Shown: piece by piece, positions 40,338-49,654 of the stretch
Layout: every line of letters begins with the position of its first letter
How positions within the stretch are numbered: position 1 is the stretch's first letter
Source of the DNA: an uncultured Candidatus Saccharibacteria bacterium
GTDB lineage: Bacteria > Patescibacteriota > Doudnabacteria > UBA920
NCBI GenBank assembly: GCA_964536745.1
Contig: CAZHYL010000004.1
Coordinates: forward strand, 16,545 to 80,544
DNA: 64,000 bases
Direction: 5' to 3'
Notes under the pieces: model-generated
Databases searched by the model: none
Told to the model about the DNA's origin: nothing
What the model saw: only the letters and a program-made list of their open reading frames with translations
Position numbers and translations under genes: made by a program

Positions 40338-43085
40338 ATGGCTAAAACTTCTCAAAAAAATCGATACTTATTAATAGACGGTAATGCACTTATTCACCGC
40401 GGATTTCATGCTATCCCAGCACTTTCTACAAAAGACGGTGAGCCAACTAATGCAGTATATGGTTTTACAATGATTTTACTCCGAGCTATTAAGGATTTAA
40501 AGCCAACCCATATAGCTTGTAGTTTTGATCTTGCGGGCCCAACTTTTAGGCATGATGAATTTGATCATTATAAGGCTAACCGGGTTTCGGCTCCAGATGA
40601 ACTATATGCTCAATTTGACCGTGTGAAGGAAGTTGTCCGTGCACTTAATATTCCAATATTTGAAATAGCAGGCTATGAAGCTGATGATGTCTTAGGAACT
40701 CTATCTAAACATATTTGCGAACAGCATCCAGACGGAGACTGCGATGTAATGATTGCAACTGGAGATTTAGACACTCTTCAATTAGTAAATAAATGTGTGA
40801 AAGTTTACACTCTTCGAAAAGGTTTAGCTGATACTGCAATATATGATGAAAAGGCTATACATGACCGGTACGGCTTAACTCCAATTCAAATGATTAGCTA
40901 CAAAGCTCTAAGAGGGGATCCTTCAGATAATATTAAAGGAGTGAAAGGGATTGGAGAAAAGACCGCTAGCGATTTAGTTAAACAGTTTGGCAGTTTAGAC
41001 GATTTATATAAAAGCATAAAAAGTGGTAAGGGTATAGAAAGTATTAAGCCAAGAGTTTTAAAGTTGTTAGTAGATGGGGAACAAGATGCACGGGATAGTT
41101 TTTATCTTTCCACCATTATTTTAGACGTGCCAATTGATATTGAAATTTCAGAATATAAGTTTGGAACTAAGGAACTTGAAACTGTAACAAAACTTTTTAG
41201 CGAATTGGAGTTTCGAAGTCTTTTAGATAAGCTTCCAAAAAATTATGCATCTGGCACCGATGAGTTATCCATAGAGCCACCCTTAGTAAATGAAGATATT
41301 GGAAAGCAGGAATATTTATTAGTTGATACAGAAAGTAAATTAACTAACCTTTTAAAAGATCTAAAGAAACAGACTGAAGTCACTATAGATACTGAAACAG
41401 ACCAGCTTAACCCAATAGACGCCAATATTATTGGCATTTCTTTATGTTTTAAAGAAGGACAGGCTTATTATGTGACAGTTAATGTCTTAGAAAAGAGTAA
41501 AGAACTACAAGACTTAATTTCTAGCCCAAGATTAAAGAAGTCCGGTCAGAATATTAAGTATGATTTACAAACGTTTGAAAATTTTGGTTTGCAACTTTCG
41601 CCTATATATTTTGACACTATGATTGCTTCATATCTGCTTAGCGCCGGAACACGACAACATGGTTTAGATGCAATGGCTTTTAATATGCTTGGTTATAAGA
41701 TGCAGTCTATTACAGAGTTGATTGGAAAAGGTAAAAATCAAATCTCGATGAAAGATGTCTCGGTTGAAAAAGTTTCTTGGTATGCGTGCGAAGATGCTGA
41801 TATTACTTTTAGGATAAAAGAAATCCTAGAGAAGGAGATTAAAACAGAAAAACTAGACTCGATACTATTTGATATTGAAGTGCCTCTAATTCCTGTTTTG
41901 GCAAAAATGGAAAGAGCCGGTATTTTAGTGGACGCTAAGTTTCTAAACGAGTTGTCTTTGGAAGCTGGAAAGGAGTTAGAGAAATTAGAAAAAAGTATTT
42001 ATAAACATGCTGGCCAGGAATTTAATATTAATTCACCGAAACAACTTCAAGAGATATTATACGATAAACTAGAATTAACAACTGGTAAAAAGAATAAAAC
42101 AGGTCTTTCTACTGCAGCCAGAGAACTAGACAAGTTAAAAGATGAGCATCCAATTGTTGCAGACATCTTGCGCTTCCGCGAATTAGCTAAATTGAAATCT
42201 ACGTATTTGGATAGTCTTCCAGAATTGATCAATAAAACTACTGGAAGAATCCACACTAACTATAATCAAATTATTGCCGCAACAGGTAGGCTGTCTAGCA
42301 CGGATCCTAACCTACAGAATATTCCTATTAAAGGAGAAGGTATGGGGTCTAGGGTTCGTCAGGCTTTTGTTGCTAAGCAAGGGTTTAAGTTGGTTTCTTT
42401 AGATTATTCTCAAATTGAATTACGTATCGTTGCGCATCTTTCAGGCGACAAAAATATGCTCGAAATCTTTAACAAGGGTGAAGACATTCACACCCAAACA
42501 GCTTTGGCTTTGTTTGATGTTAAAGACAATGAAGTAACTCCGGATATGAGACGCTATGCGAAAACTGTTAACTTCGGGATTCTCTATGGGTTATCTAGTT
42601 TTGGTTTTGCCGATAGGATTAGTGGTGTTTCTTTGGGAGAAGCAAAGGATTTTATCGATAAGTATTTTGCTACATTCCCACAAGTTGGAGACTTTTTGGA
42701 AAAGGTTAAAATGCAAGTAAGAGAAGATGCTCAGGTTACTAATCAAATTGGGCGAGTAAGAAAGTTTCCAGAAATAAAATCTAGCCAGTATTTTATTCGT
42801 CAGGCAGCGGAGAGGGCAGCGATAAACTTTCCTATACAAAGTTTAAGCGCTGATATAATTAAGATCGCTATGATTCAAATTCATAAACTACTCGATGGTA
42901 ATGAAGATGAAATCAAAATGTTATTACAAGTTCATGATGAGTTGGTATTTGAGGTTGCCGAAGATAAAGTTATTGATTGGGTAAACAAGCTCAAACCAAT
43001 CATGGAAAATGCTACTAAACTTTCTGTTCCAGTAATTGTCGAAGCTAAGGCAGGTGACAACTGGGGAGAGATGGATAAGCTATAA
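40338..43085 (+). CDS. polA: DNA polymerase I
   Basis: 5' nuclease (EADD, GDPSDNI), 3'-5' exo (DTETD, KYD, YACED), polymerase motifs DYSQIELR, QVHDELV. Confidence 0.98.
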   Translation: MAKTSQKNRYLLIDGNALIHRGFHAIPALSTKDGEPTNAVYGFTMILLRAIKDLKPTHIACSFDLAGPTFRHDEFDHYKANRVSAPDELYAQFDRVKEVVRALNIPIFEIAGYEADDVLGTLSKHICEQHPDGDCDVMIATGDLDTLQLVNKCVKVYTLRKGLADTAIYDEKAIHDRYGLTPIQMISYKALRGDPSDNIKGVKGIGEKTASDLVKQFGSLDDLYKSIKSGKGIESIKPRVLKLLVDGEQDARDSFYLSTIILDVPIDIEISEYKFGTKELETVTKLFSELEFRSLLDKLPKNYASGTDELSIEPPLVNEDIGKQEYLLVDTESKLTNLLKDLKKQTEVTIDTETDQLNPIDANIIGISLCFKEGQAYYVTVNVLEKSKELQDLISSPRLKKSGQNIKYDLQTFENFGLQLSPIYFDTMIASYLLSAGTRQHGLDAMAFNMLGYKMQSITELIGKGKNQISMKDVSVEKVSWYACEDADITFRIKEILEKEIKTEKLDSILFDIEVPLIPVLAKMERAGILVDAKFLNELSLEAGKELEKLEKSIYKHAGQEFNINSPKQLQEILYDKLELTTGKKNKTGLSTAARELDKLKDEHPIVADILRFRELAKLKSTYLDSLPELINKTTGRIHTNYNQIIAATGRLSSTDPNLQNIPIKGEGMGSRVRQAFVAKQGFKLVSLDYSQIELRIVAHLSGDKNMLEIFNKGEDIHTQTALALFDVKDNEVTPDMRRYAKTVNFGILYGLSSFGFADRISGVSLGEAKDFIDKYFATFPQVGDFLEKVKMQVREDAQVTNQIGRVRKFPEIKSSQYFIRQAAERAAINFPIQSLSADIIKIAMIQIHKLLDGNEDEIKMLLQVHDELVFEVAEDKVIDWVNKLKPIMENATKLSVPVIVEAKAGDNWGEMDKL

Positions 43086-43090
43086 CTATC

Positions 43091-43624
43091 ATGGAAGAGC
43101 TTTTACAAGTCTATGATGAACAGGGGAATATCTTAGATCCATTGCCTCGTTCTGTCGTTCATCAAAAACCACTTAAGCATTGGCACGGTGTTGTTAATGT
43201 TTGGTTAGTTAATGATAATGGTGATATCTTAGTTACTAAACGGTCGGACACGGTAACAGGTAATCCAAATAAGTGGCAAACTTTTTTAGGAGGACACATT
43301 CCTGCAGGGATGACACATAAAGTAACTGCAGTTAAGGAACTTAAAGAAGAAGTCGGCCTTAGCATCGATCCAGATAATTTGTATTTGATTGATAAAGGCA
43401 AGGCAGCTCATTCTGACCACCTTCATTTTTATGAAAGCTATGCATATTTGTACAATGGCTTGGTGGAAGATTTGGTTTTTGAGGATGGCGAGATAGTATC
43501 TGCAAAATGGCTTTCACTAGAACAATATAATCAAGAGCGGAGTAGTAGTCCTCAAGATTGGTGTAATGGTTGTAATGAAGAAAACCAAAAACGTATTCGG
43601 TTATGGCTTTCAAAGTTTAAATAA
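43091..43624 (+). CDS. NUDIX hydrolase (IDI-like)
   Basis: GGHI..G......AVKELKEEVG Nudix box. Confidence 0.85.
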   Translation: MEELLQVYDEQGNILDPLPRSVVHQKPLKHWHGVVNVWLVNDNGDILVTKRSDTVTGNPNKWQTFLGGHIPAGMTHKVTAVKELKEEVGLSIDPDNLYLIDKGKAAHSDHLHFYESYAYLYNGLVEDLVFEDGEIVSAKWLSLEQYNQERSSSPQDWCNGCNEENQKRIRLWLSKFK

Positions 43625-43661
43625 GTTTTGAAATAAAAATCCCGCGTAATGCGGGATTTTA

Positions 43662-43928
43662 TTATTTTCCAAGTTTTGCGATTGCTTTTGCTAAGCGAGA
43701 TTTTCTTCGAGAAGCTGTATTTTTATGAATCACATTCTTTTTTACTGCTTTATCAAGAGCAGACATCGCTTTCTTTAGATCTTCCGTAGACTTTGTTTTA
43801 TCACCAGAAGCGATTGAAGTTCTTGTTGCTTTAACTGCAGACTTAAACTTAAACTTTGTTCGGGTGTTGATGGCGTTGCGACGTCGAGACTGTCGCATTG
43901 CCTTATTAGCAGAACTAGTATTTGGCAT
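43662..43928 (-). CDS. rpsT: 30S ribosomal protein S20
   Basis: MPNTSSANKAMRQ..LDKAVKKNVIHKNTASRRKSRL. Confidence 0.97.
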   Translation of the reverse strand: MPNTSSANKAMRQSRRRNAINTRTKFKFKSAVKATRTSIASGDKTKSTEDLKKAMSALDKAVKKNVIHKNTASRRKSRLAKAIAKLGK

Positions 43929-43961
43929 TTTAGAGTTTATTATAAATAATTGTTTAAACTT

Positions 43962-44053
43962 ACTTTGATCACTCCCTTATCTAAAGTTGACACGGCAGAT
44001 AGGGTTAATGAGTAAAGCTTCTGTAGTATATAGAAAATTGAATAAAAAATCAA
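43962..44053 (-). promoter_or_regulatory. rpsT promoter and leader hairpin
   Basis: TTGATT-17-TATACT (44053-44025); stem ACTC..CCCTATCT/AGATAAGGGAGT. Confidence 0.5.
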
Positions 44054-44091
44054 GGGCAGTAGTAATCTACTACCCTTTGGTTTCTACAGAC

Positions 44092-44766
44092 TTAACGATG
44101 TCTTCCCGTCATTGTGTCACAATGGCCGGATTGGCATAGAGTGAGTAAGTATTTCCCGGCAGGGAAGATTGCGGAGCTGTCTGACGGCACCGTGAATTGG
44201 ATGATTCCTGGTGCAATTTTGGTTATTGCTTTTTGAGTGATAAATACTTTTGTATTTATTAGAATCATCATTGGTTCTGTTGTGTCGAATACTCCTCTTG
44301 CGGTGATTGTATAGGGTGCTCCAAAGCCTCCTAGTTCGCTTATACTAGTAAGCAGTGGTTCTTTATATTGCTCTCGATAATTAACTGGGGTGATTGTTTG
44401 AGAGTAGTATATTTCACTTTGAGTAATTATCGATACTCCGAATCTGAACCATGGGGTGGTGTGAAATGAATTGAGCTCTCCATTCCAAAGAGGGATGATC
44501 TGACCCTTAACTAAGCCTTGCGGAAAGTTAAGAGGCGCAAAGTTATTTACCACACCTTCAGACGTTATAGTGTGTAGTTCTATTCTTGTTGGTTGTGAGA
44601 TGTTTTTTGCCATCACAAAAACTAGTTGTTTATTTGATGATAATAGTAAACCATCTTCAATTACTATTGCACCAGCGTCTGTTTGGTAGCTTTGAGCTGA
44701 AGCAGGTTTGGTAATACCCATCATCATTAGCAATGCAATGCTTGTTAGTATTGTTATATTATTCAT
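44092..44766 (-). CDS. Secreted orphan beta-sandwich protein (paralog of 39439-40251)
   Basis: GGAGG 44771-44775; signal peptide ASA|Q. Confidence 0.75.
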   Translation of the reverse strand: MNNITILTSIALLMMMGITKPASAQSYQTDAGAIVIEDGLLLSSNKQLVFVMAKNISQPTRIELHTITSEGVVNNFAPLNFPQGLVKGQIIPLWNGELNSFHTTPWFRFGVSIITQSEIYYSQTITPVNYREQYKEPLLTSISELGGFGAPYTITARGVFDTTEPMMILINTKVFITQKAITKIAPGIIQFTVPSDSSAIFPAGKYLLTLCQSGHCDTMTGRHR

Positions 44767-44867
44767 AAAACCTCCTTTTTAAATATTATAAATAAAGGCT
44801 CTTCAGGCCATGTTTAATAAAAACTTAAAGTAGAATAAATATTAAATAAAAAAGCAGCCGTGGGCTG

Positions 44868-44990
44868 CTATATTTTGTTGTGTCTTTTTGCAAGGCTGAT
44901 TGAGAAAAATTGTACGACCACTATGACTGCAAGTACAATTGCAAAAGCAATGGAGTCAAGCAGCCAACTTATTGGCTTTAGTATTTTCAT
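44868..44990 (-). CDS. 40-aa single-TM microprotein (absent from ORF track)
   Basis: MKILKPISWLLDSIAFAIVLAVIVVVQFFSISLAKRHNKI; TTGACA-17-TATTAT promoter, AGGAGG SD, GCAGCC hairpin+T terminator. Confidence 0.65.
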   Translation of the reverse strand: MKILKPISWLLDSIAFAIVLAVIVVVQFFSISLAKRHNKI

Positions 44991-45052
44991 CTGGATATCC
45001 TCCTAACCTAAGATTGAGTTGATAATAGCTAAGCACAGACTTTATGTCAAAG

Positions 45053-47119
45053 TTATTTCTTACCCTTTTTAAGCTTATTAAGTTGTTTAATTTCTATAAT
45101 TCTATCTCGGAGTTTTGCAGCAGCCTCAAATTCTAGATTTTGTGATGCTAGTTCCATTTGGTCGTTAAGCTCTTCCAAATATATTTTCAATTCTTTTTTA
45201 TCAAGGTTGGCAAAGTTAACATTTTCTAAATCTGTTTCTACTACAGATTCTCTTGTACCACTAAGTCTGCTTTCGGAAATTTTCTTCTGAATGCTTTCTG
45301 GAGTGATGCCATGCTTGGTGTTGTATTTTTCTTGTACTTTTCTTCTTCGAATAGTTTCATCGATCGCTGCTTTCATCGAACGAGTTATTCTATCCGCATA
45401 CATGATTACATGACCATGTAGATGTCTAGCAGCCCGTCCCATAATTTGCATGAAAGAAGTTTCGCTTCTAAGGAATCCTTCCTTATCTGCATCTAAGATG
45501 GCTACCAAAGAAACTTCTGGCAAATCTAAACCTTCTCGGAGTAAGTTAATTCCAACAATTACGTCATATACACCTAATCTAAGGTCCCTTAAAGTTTCTA
45601 GTCTATCAAATGTTTCTACTTCCGAATGAAGATATTGAGCTTTAATGCCTGCCTCTACTATATAAGTAGTGAGTTCTTCGGCCATTCTTTTAGACAAGGT
45701 CGTCACTAAAACACGTTCATTTTTTTGAACTCGTAATTTAATCTGTTCTAGTAAGTGGTCAACTTGGTTTTTAATTGGTTGAATTTCAATAGTTGGGTCT
45801 AGTAAGCCAGTAGGTCTATTGATTTGCTCGACAATTGTGATTTTCTGAAGCTCTTCTGGAGGAGGTAGTTTTTTAGAACTTTTTTTGGTTTTACCTACTA
45901 GTGCATTCTCAATTAGGCTTTTGTTTAATTCATATGGCCCTGGGGTTGCTGAGACAAACACAACCTGTTCGATTTTCTTTTCAAATTCATCAAATTTTAA
46001 CGGTCGGTTGTCTAGTGCAGAAGGCAGACGAAAGCCGTAATCTACCAATGTTTCCTTACGGGATCTATCTCCTTTGTACATTGCACCTATTTGGGGGATG
46101 GTCTGGTGTGACTCGTCGATAAATAATAAGAAGTCATCCGGAAAATAATCTATGAGAGTTGAAGGTGGGTCTCCTGCAGTTCTACCGTCCATGTGCCTAG
46201 AGTAGTTTTCGATTCCGGCAACGAATCCAGTGTTAGTCATCATTTCTAAATCAAAGTTGGTGCGTTGTTCTAATCTTGCTGCCTCTAGAACTTTTCCTTG
46301 GGTCTTTAGTTCTTTTAGTCTTTCATTAAGCTCGGTACGAATTTTATCTATCGCGGTGTGCATTTTTTCTTCTGTAGTTACGAAATGTTTAGCAGGAAAA
46401 ATTTTAATATAATTAAGCTCTTCTAAAACCTCACCACTAATCATATGGCGTCGTTGAATTTTTTCTAATTCATCAGCGAAAAATTGTAAAGTAATAATTG
46501 TATCTTCAGAAGAGAGGACTATTTCTAAAGTGTCACCTTGAGCTCGATATGTTCCTCTTTTTAAATCATAATCATTTCTATTGTATTGTAGATCGGTTAG
46601 TCTACGAAGTAATTTATCACGTTTATAATTTTGCCCTGTTTTTAGTTCTAAGGATAAGTCGAGGTAGTCTGCCGGATTTCCTAATCCATAAATACATGAT
46701 ACAGAGGCAACTATTAAGACATCATTTCTGGACATTAATGATGTTGTTGCAGCGTTTCTAAGTCTATCGATTTCTTCGTTAATCTGAGTATCCTTTTCGA
46801 TATAAGTGTCACTGCGGGGAATGTATGCCTCTGGTTGATAATAATCGTAATAGGAGACAAAATAATGAACCGCATTTTCTGGGAAGAACTCTTGGAACTC
46901 GGATGCTAGTTGTGCAGCTAAGGTTTTGTTGTGGCACATTATTAAAGTTGGCTTTTGAATTTCTTGAACAATATTAGCCATAGTATAGGTTTTACCACTT
47001 CCTGTCACACCTAAAAGAGTCTGGTGTTTATAGCCAGATTTCAGAGAATTTATTAAACCAGCAATAGCAAGTGGTTGGTCGCCAGCTGGTTGAAAGTTTG
47101 TATGTAGCTTGAATTTCAT
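45053..47119 (-). CDS. uvrB: Excinuclease ABC subunit B
   Basis: PAGDQP, GVTGSGKT, YYDYYQPEAY, DESH, GRAAR, C-terminal UVR domain. Confidence 0.98.
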   Translation of the reverse strand: MKFKLHTNFQPAGDQPLAIAGLINSLKSGYKHQTLLGVTGSGKTYTMANIVQEIQKPTLIMCHNKTLAAQLASEFQEFFPENAVHYFVSYYDYYQPEAYIPRSDTYIEKDTQINEEIDRLRNAATTSLMSRNDVLIVASVSCIYGLGNPADYLDLSLELKTGQNYKRDKLLRRLTDLQYNRNDYDLKRGTYRAQGDTLEIVLSSEDTIITLQFFADELEKIQRRHMISGEVLEELNYIKIFPAKHFVTTEEKMHTAIDKIRTELNERLKELKTQGKVLEAARLEQRTNFDLEMMTNTGFVAGIENYSRHMDGRTAGDPPSTLIDYFPDDFLLFIDESHQTIPQIGAMYKGDRSRKETLVDYGFRLPSALDNRPLKFDEFEKKIEQVVFVSATPGPYELNKSLIENALVGKTKKSSKKLPPPEELQKITIVEQINRPTGLLDPTIEIQPIKNQVDHLLEQIKLRVQKNERVLVTTLSKRMAEELTTYIVEAGIKAQYLHSEVETFDRLETLRDLRLGVYDVIVGINLLREGLDLPEVSLVAILDADKEGFLRSETSFMQIMGRAARHLHGHVIMYADRITRSMKAAIDETIRRRKVQEKYNTKHGITPESIQKKISESRLSGTRESVVETDLENVNFANLDKKELKIYLEELNDQMELASQNLEFEAAAKLRDRIIEIKQLNKLKKGKK

Positions 47120-47127
47120 CTTATTTA

Positions 47128-47400
47128 TTATATAGGTAGAATAGGTGGGTGTCTAAAAATAAAAACCGATCCCTTGGGGGTCGGTTTGAACAGGAGATAG
47201 ATCAAAATGATCATCGTTAGCAAGAAGAGTATGGCAAAGAAATCTGTTGTCTTTGCTTCTTTTTGTGGGACAACTTCCAGTGAAGGTGCTCCGCTGTAGC
47301 CCACAATTGAGTGGGTATAGATTGCGGGTATCTTTCGCAAAGGAGTGTTCCCTTTATTCTGGTGCCGTGGACGCGGATCCGTGTTCTCATCATGGTACAT
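47128..47400 (-). CDS. Single-TM orphan protein
   Basis: GGAGG 47409-47413; hydrophobic helix near C-terminus. Confidence 0.55.
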   Translation of the reverse strand: MYHDENTDPRPRHQNKGNTPLRKIPAIYTHSIVGYSGAPSLEVVPQKEAKTTDFFAILFLLTMIILIYLLFKPTPKGSVFIFRHPPILPI

Positions 47401-47488
47401 CTCTTATTCCTCCCTAAGTTTGATATAACGAAATAAATAATAACACAAAACCCTTCACTTGTAAAGGGTAAGATGGTATAATTTCTTC

Positions 47489-48436
47489 ATGTCTCAGGTT
47501 ATTACAGTTAATAATTTAAGAAAAGTTTACCCATTGCCAAGGCAAGAGTGGAAGAATGGTGTGCGCAGCTTTGAAGCAGTGCGGGGCACTAGTTTTTCTG
47601 TGGCGGAGGGTGAAATCTTTGGTATCTTAGGTCCAAATGGTGCAGGGAAGACAACAACCTTGGAGATTATTGAAGGTTTGAATTTGCAGACTTCAGGGGA
47701 GGTCTCCGTTTTGGGGCTAGATAATATTTCTGATACTGGAAAGATAAAACAGCAAATAGGTGTACAGTTGCAATCTAGTGAATATGTACCCCAGATGACA
47801 CTTTCGGAATTATTAAAACTATTTTCTGGTTTGTATGGTAAAACTGCAGATGTTGATAAGCTACTTGGGTTTGTAAATTTAGAGAACAAAAAACATTCGT
47901 TAGTTAAAGATCTCTCCGGTGGTCAAAAACAAAGATTCACTTTAGCCTCTGCATTGGTAAATGATCCTAAGGTTCTATTCTTAGACGAACCTACTACAGG
48001 TTTAGATCCTAGGGCTCGCCGAGATGTTTGGGAGTTGATAAAAAAAATAAATGAATCGGGAATCACAATTGTTCTCACAACTCATTATATGGAAGAAGCT
48101 GAGTATCTTTGTGATAGAGTGGCGATTATGGATGCTGGCCAGATCTTAGCAATCAATCACCCTAAAACTTTAATTGAAGACTTGTCTCATACTACGCAAA
48201 TTTCTTTTTTAACAGATGTAGAAATAGATGAGAAAATATGGTTAGAGACTAAACAAATAGAAAAGGTCTATAGTAATTATCCAAAAGTAATTTTAGAAAT
48301 TAAGTCATTAGATGTTGTAGGCGATATCGTAAGGCTTCTTAGAGATAAAAACATTTCGTTTAGTAGTTTTACAGTTCGTACCGCAAGTTTAGAAGACGTG
48401 TATCTAGATTTAACTGGCAAGGTTTTTGAAGAATAA
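47489..48436 (+). CDS. ABC-2 exporter ATP-binding protein
   Basis: GPNGAGKTT, LSGGQ, LFLDEPTTGLD, TTH. Confidence 0.95.
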   Translation: MSQVITVNNLRKVYPLPRQEWKNGVRSFEAVRGTSFSVAEGEIFGILGPNGAGKTTTLEIIEGLNLQTSGEVSVLGLDNISDTGKIKQQIGVQLQSSEYVPQMTLSELLKLFSGLYGKTADVDKLLGFVNLENKKHSLVKDLSGGQKQRFTLASALVNDPKVLFLDEPTTGLDPRARRDVWELIKKINESGITIVLTTHYMEEAEYLCDRVAIMDAGQILAINHPKTLIEDLSHTTQISFLTDVEIDEKIWLETKQIEKVYSNYPKVILEIKSLDVVGDIVRLLRDKNISFSSFTVRTASLEDVYLDLTGKVFEE

Positions 48437-48437
48437 T

Positions 48438-49184
48438 ATGAGTCAATCTTTCTACCAACTATTTTTGATGAATTTCCGGATGATTTATAGAAATCGTACT
48501 GGGCTATTTTTTACTTTGGTGATGCCTGTGATTATTTATGTTGCTATTTCTATTTTACCAATAGGAAAATTAGTTGGCGCTCAGGTTAGTTACTCGCAGT
48601 ATGTTCTCCCAGGAATTATTGCGATGACAATTATGCAAGGTGGAATATATACTCTCGCATATTGGATGATAGATTTGAAGACTCGAAATGTTATTAAAAG
48701 ATTTTTAGTTACACCCTTAAAGGTTTCTGAGCTGATTGGAACAGTATTGATAAGTAGGGTGCTAGTGGCATTAATGCAAGTTTTATTTTTAAGTTTTGTT
48801 GGATGGGTTTTCTTTGGGGCAACTGTAGGGTCTAGTTTATGGTTTGCCTTAGGGTTTGCCGCGTTAGGGGCACCAATATTTTTACTAATCGGGTTGTTAA
48901 TTTCAACTTTTGCAGACTCTTATGAAGCAGCTGCTCCAGTGACAGCAGCCATTGGCATGCCTCTGATATTTTTAGGAAATATATTTTACCCAATCGATGT
49001 ATTGCCTCAAGCTTTCCAGATGGTCGCAAGAATTTTACCAACTACATATTTAGCCAATGGTATTAGAAGCGCCTACTTAAATAGTGGTACATGGAGTGAT
49101 TGGGGTTTTGATGCCGCCATTTTACTGATTTGGTTGGTAGTAATGATTATTCTATCCCTTTGGTTTTTTAAACTAGAGGAATAG
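48438..49184 (+). CDS. ABC-2 exporter permease
   Basis: Six TM helices; YVLPGIIAM; start reset to ATG 48438. Confidence 0.9.
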   Translation: MSQSFYQLFLMNFRMIYRNRTGLFFTLVMPVIIYVAISILPIGKLVGAQVSYSQYVLPGIIAMTIMQGGIYTLAYWMIDLKTRNVIKRFLVTPLKVSELIGTVLISRVLVALMQVLFLSFVGWVFFGATVGSSLWFALGFAALGAPIFLLIGLLISTFADSYEAAAPVTAAIGMPLIFLGNIFYPIDVLPQAFQMVARILPTTYLANGIRSAYLNSGTWSDWGFDAAILLIWLVVMIILSLWFFKLEE

Positions 49185-49251
49185 TGGTATAAAGTTTGGG
49201 AATTAGAAATTAGTTGCAAACGAGCATTAAGTTTTGAAATAAAAAAACGCG

Positions 49252-49653
49252 TTAATTTTTACGCGTTTTCTTTTTTATTGCAGTAATATTTGGTTTTGCT
49301 CCGTAGTGCAGGGTCATTTTACGAGGAAGTTTCATGTTCCAGAATTTAAAATAATCTTCTGGGACTAATTTTTTCGGAATTGCTTTCACTGGAATATTTA
49401 GAGCATACCCAAGTGCTTGTGCTAATGAAATTCCAACTCGGATTCCCGTAAAAGATCCTGGGCCACTACAAACAATTATTTTTGTTAATTCTACCGGTTT
49501 AACTTTATGGTGCCTCAAAAACTTTTCTAGTAGTGCCAGTGTTTTATAATTTTCATTGAAGGCCAGCTCTTTGATTTGATTCTTTTGGCTGTGGTCAGAA
49601 ATTAATGCCAACTCAAGTAAGTTGAAATCTGCTGTATTAATATATAGAACCAT
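49252..49653 (-). CDS. tsaB: t6A biosynthesis protein TsaB, truncated single-domain form
   Basis: GPGSFTGIRVG motif; only 133 aa. Confidence 0.85.
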   Translation of the reverse strand: MVLYINTADFNLLELALISDHSQKNQIKELAFNENYKTLALLEKFLRHHKVKPVELTKIIVCSGPGSFTGIRVGISLAQALGYALNIPVKAIPKKLVPEDYFKFWNMKLPRKMTLHYGAKPNITAIKKKTRKN

Positions 49654-49654
49654 A

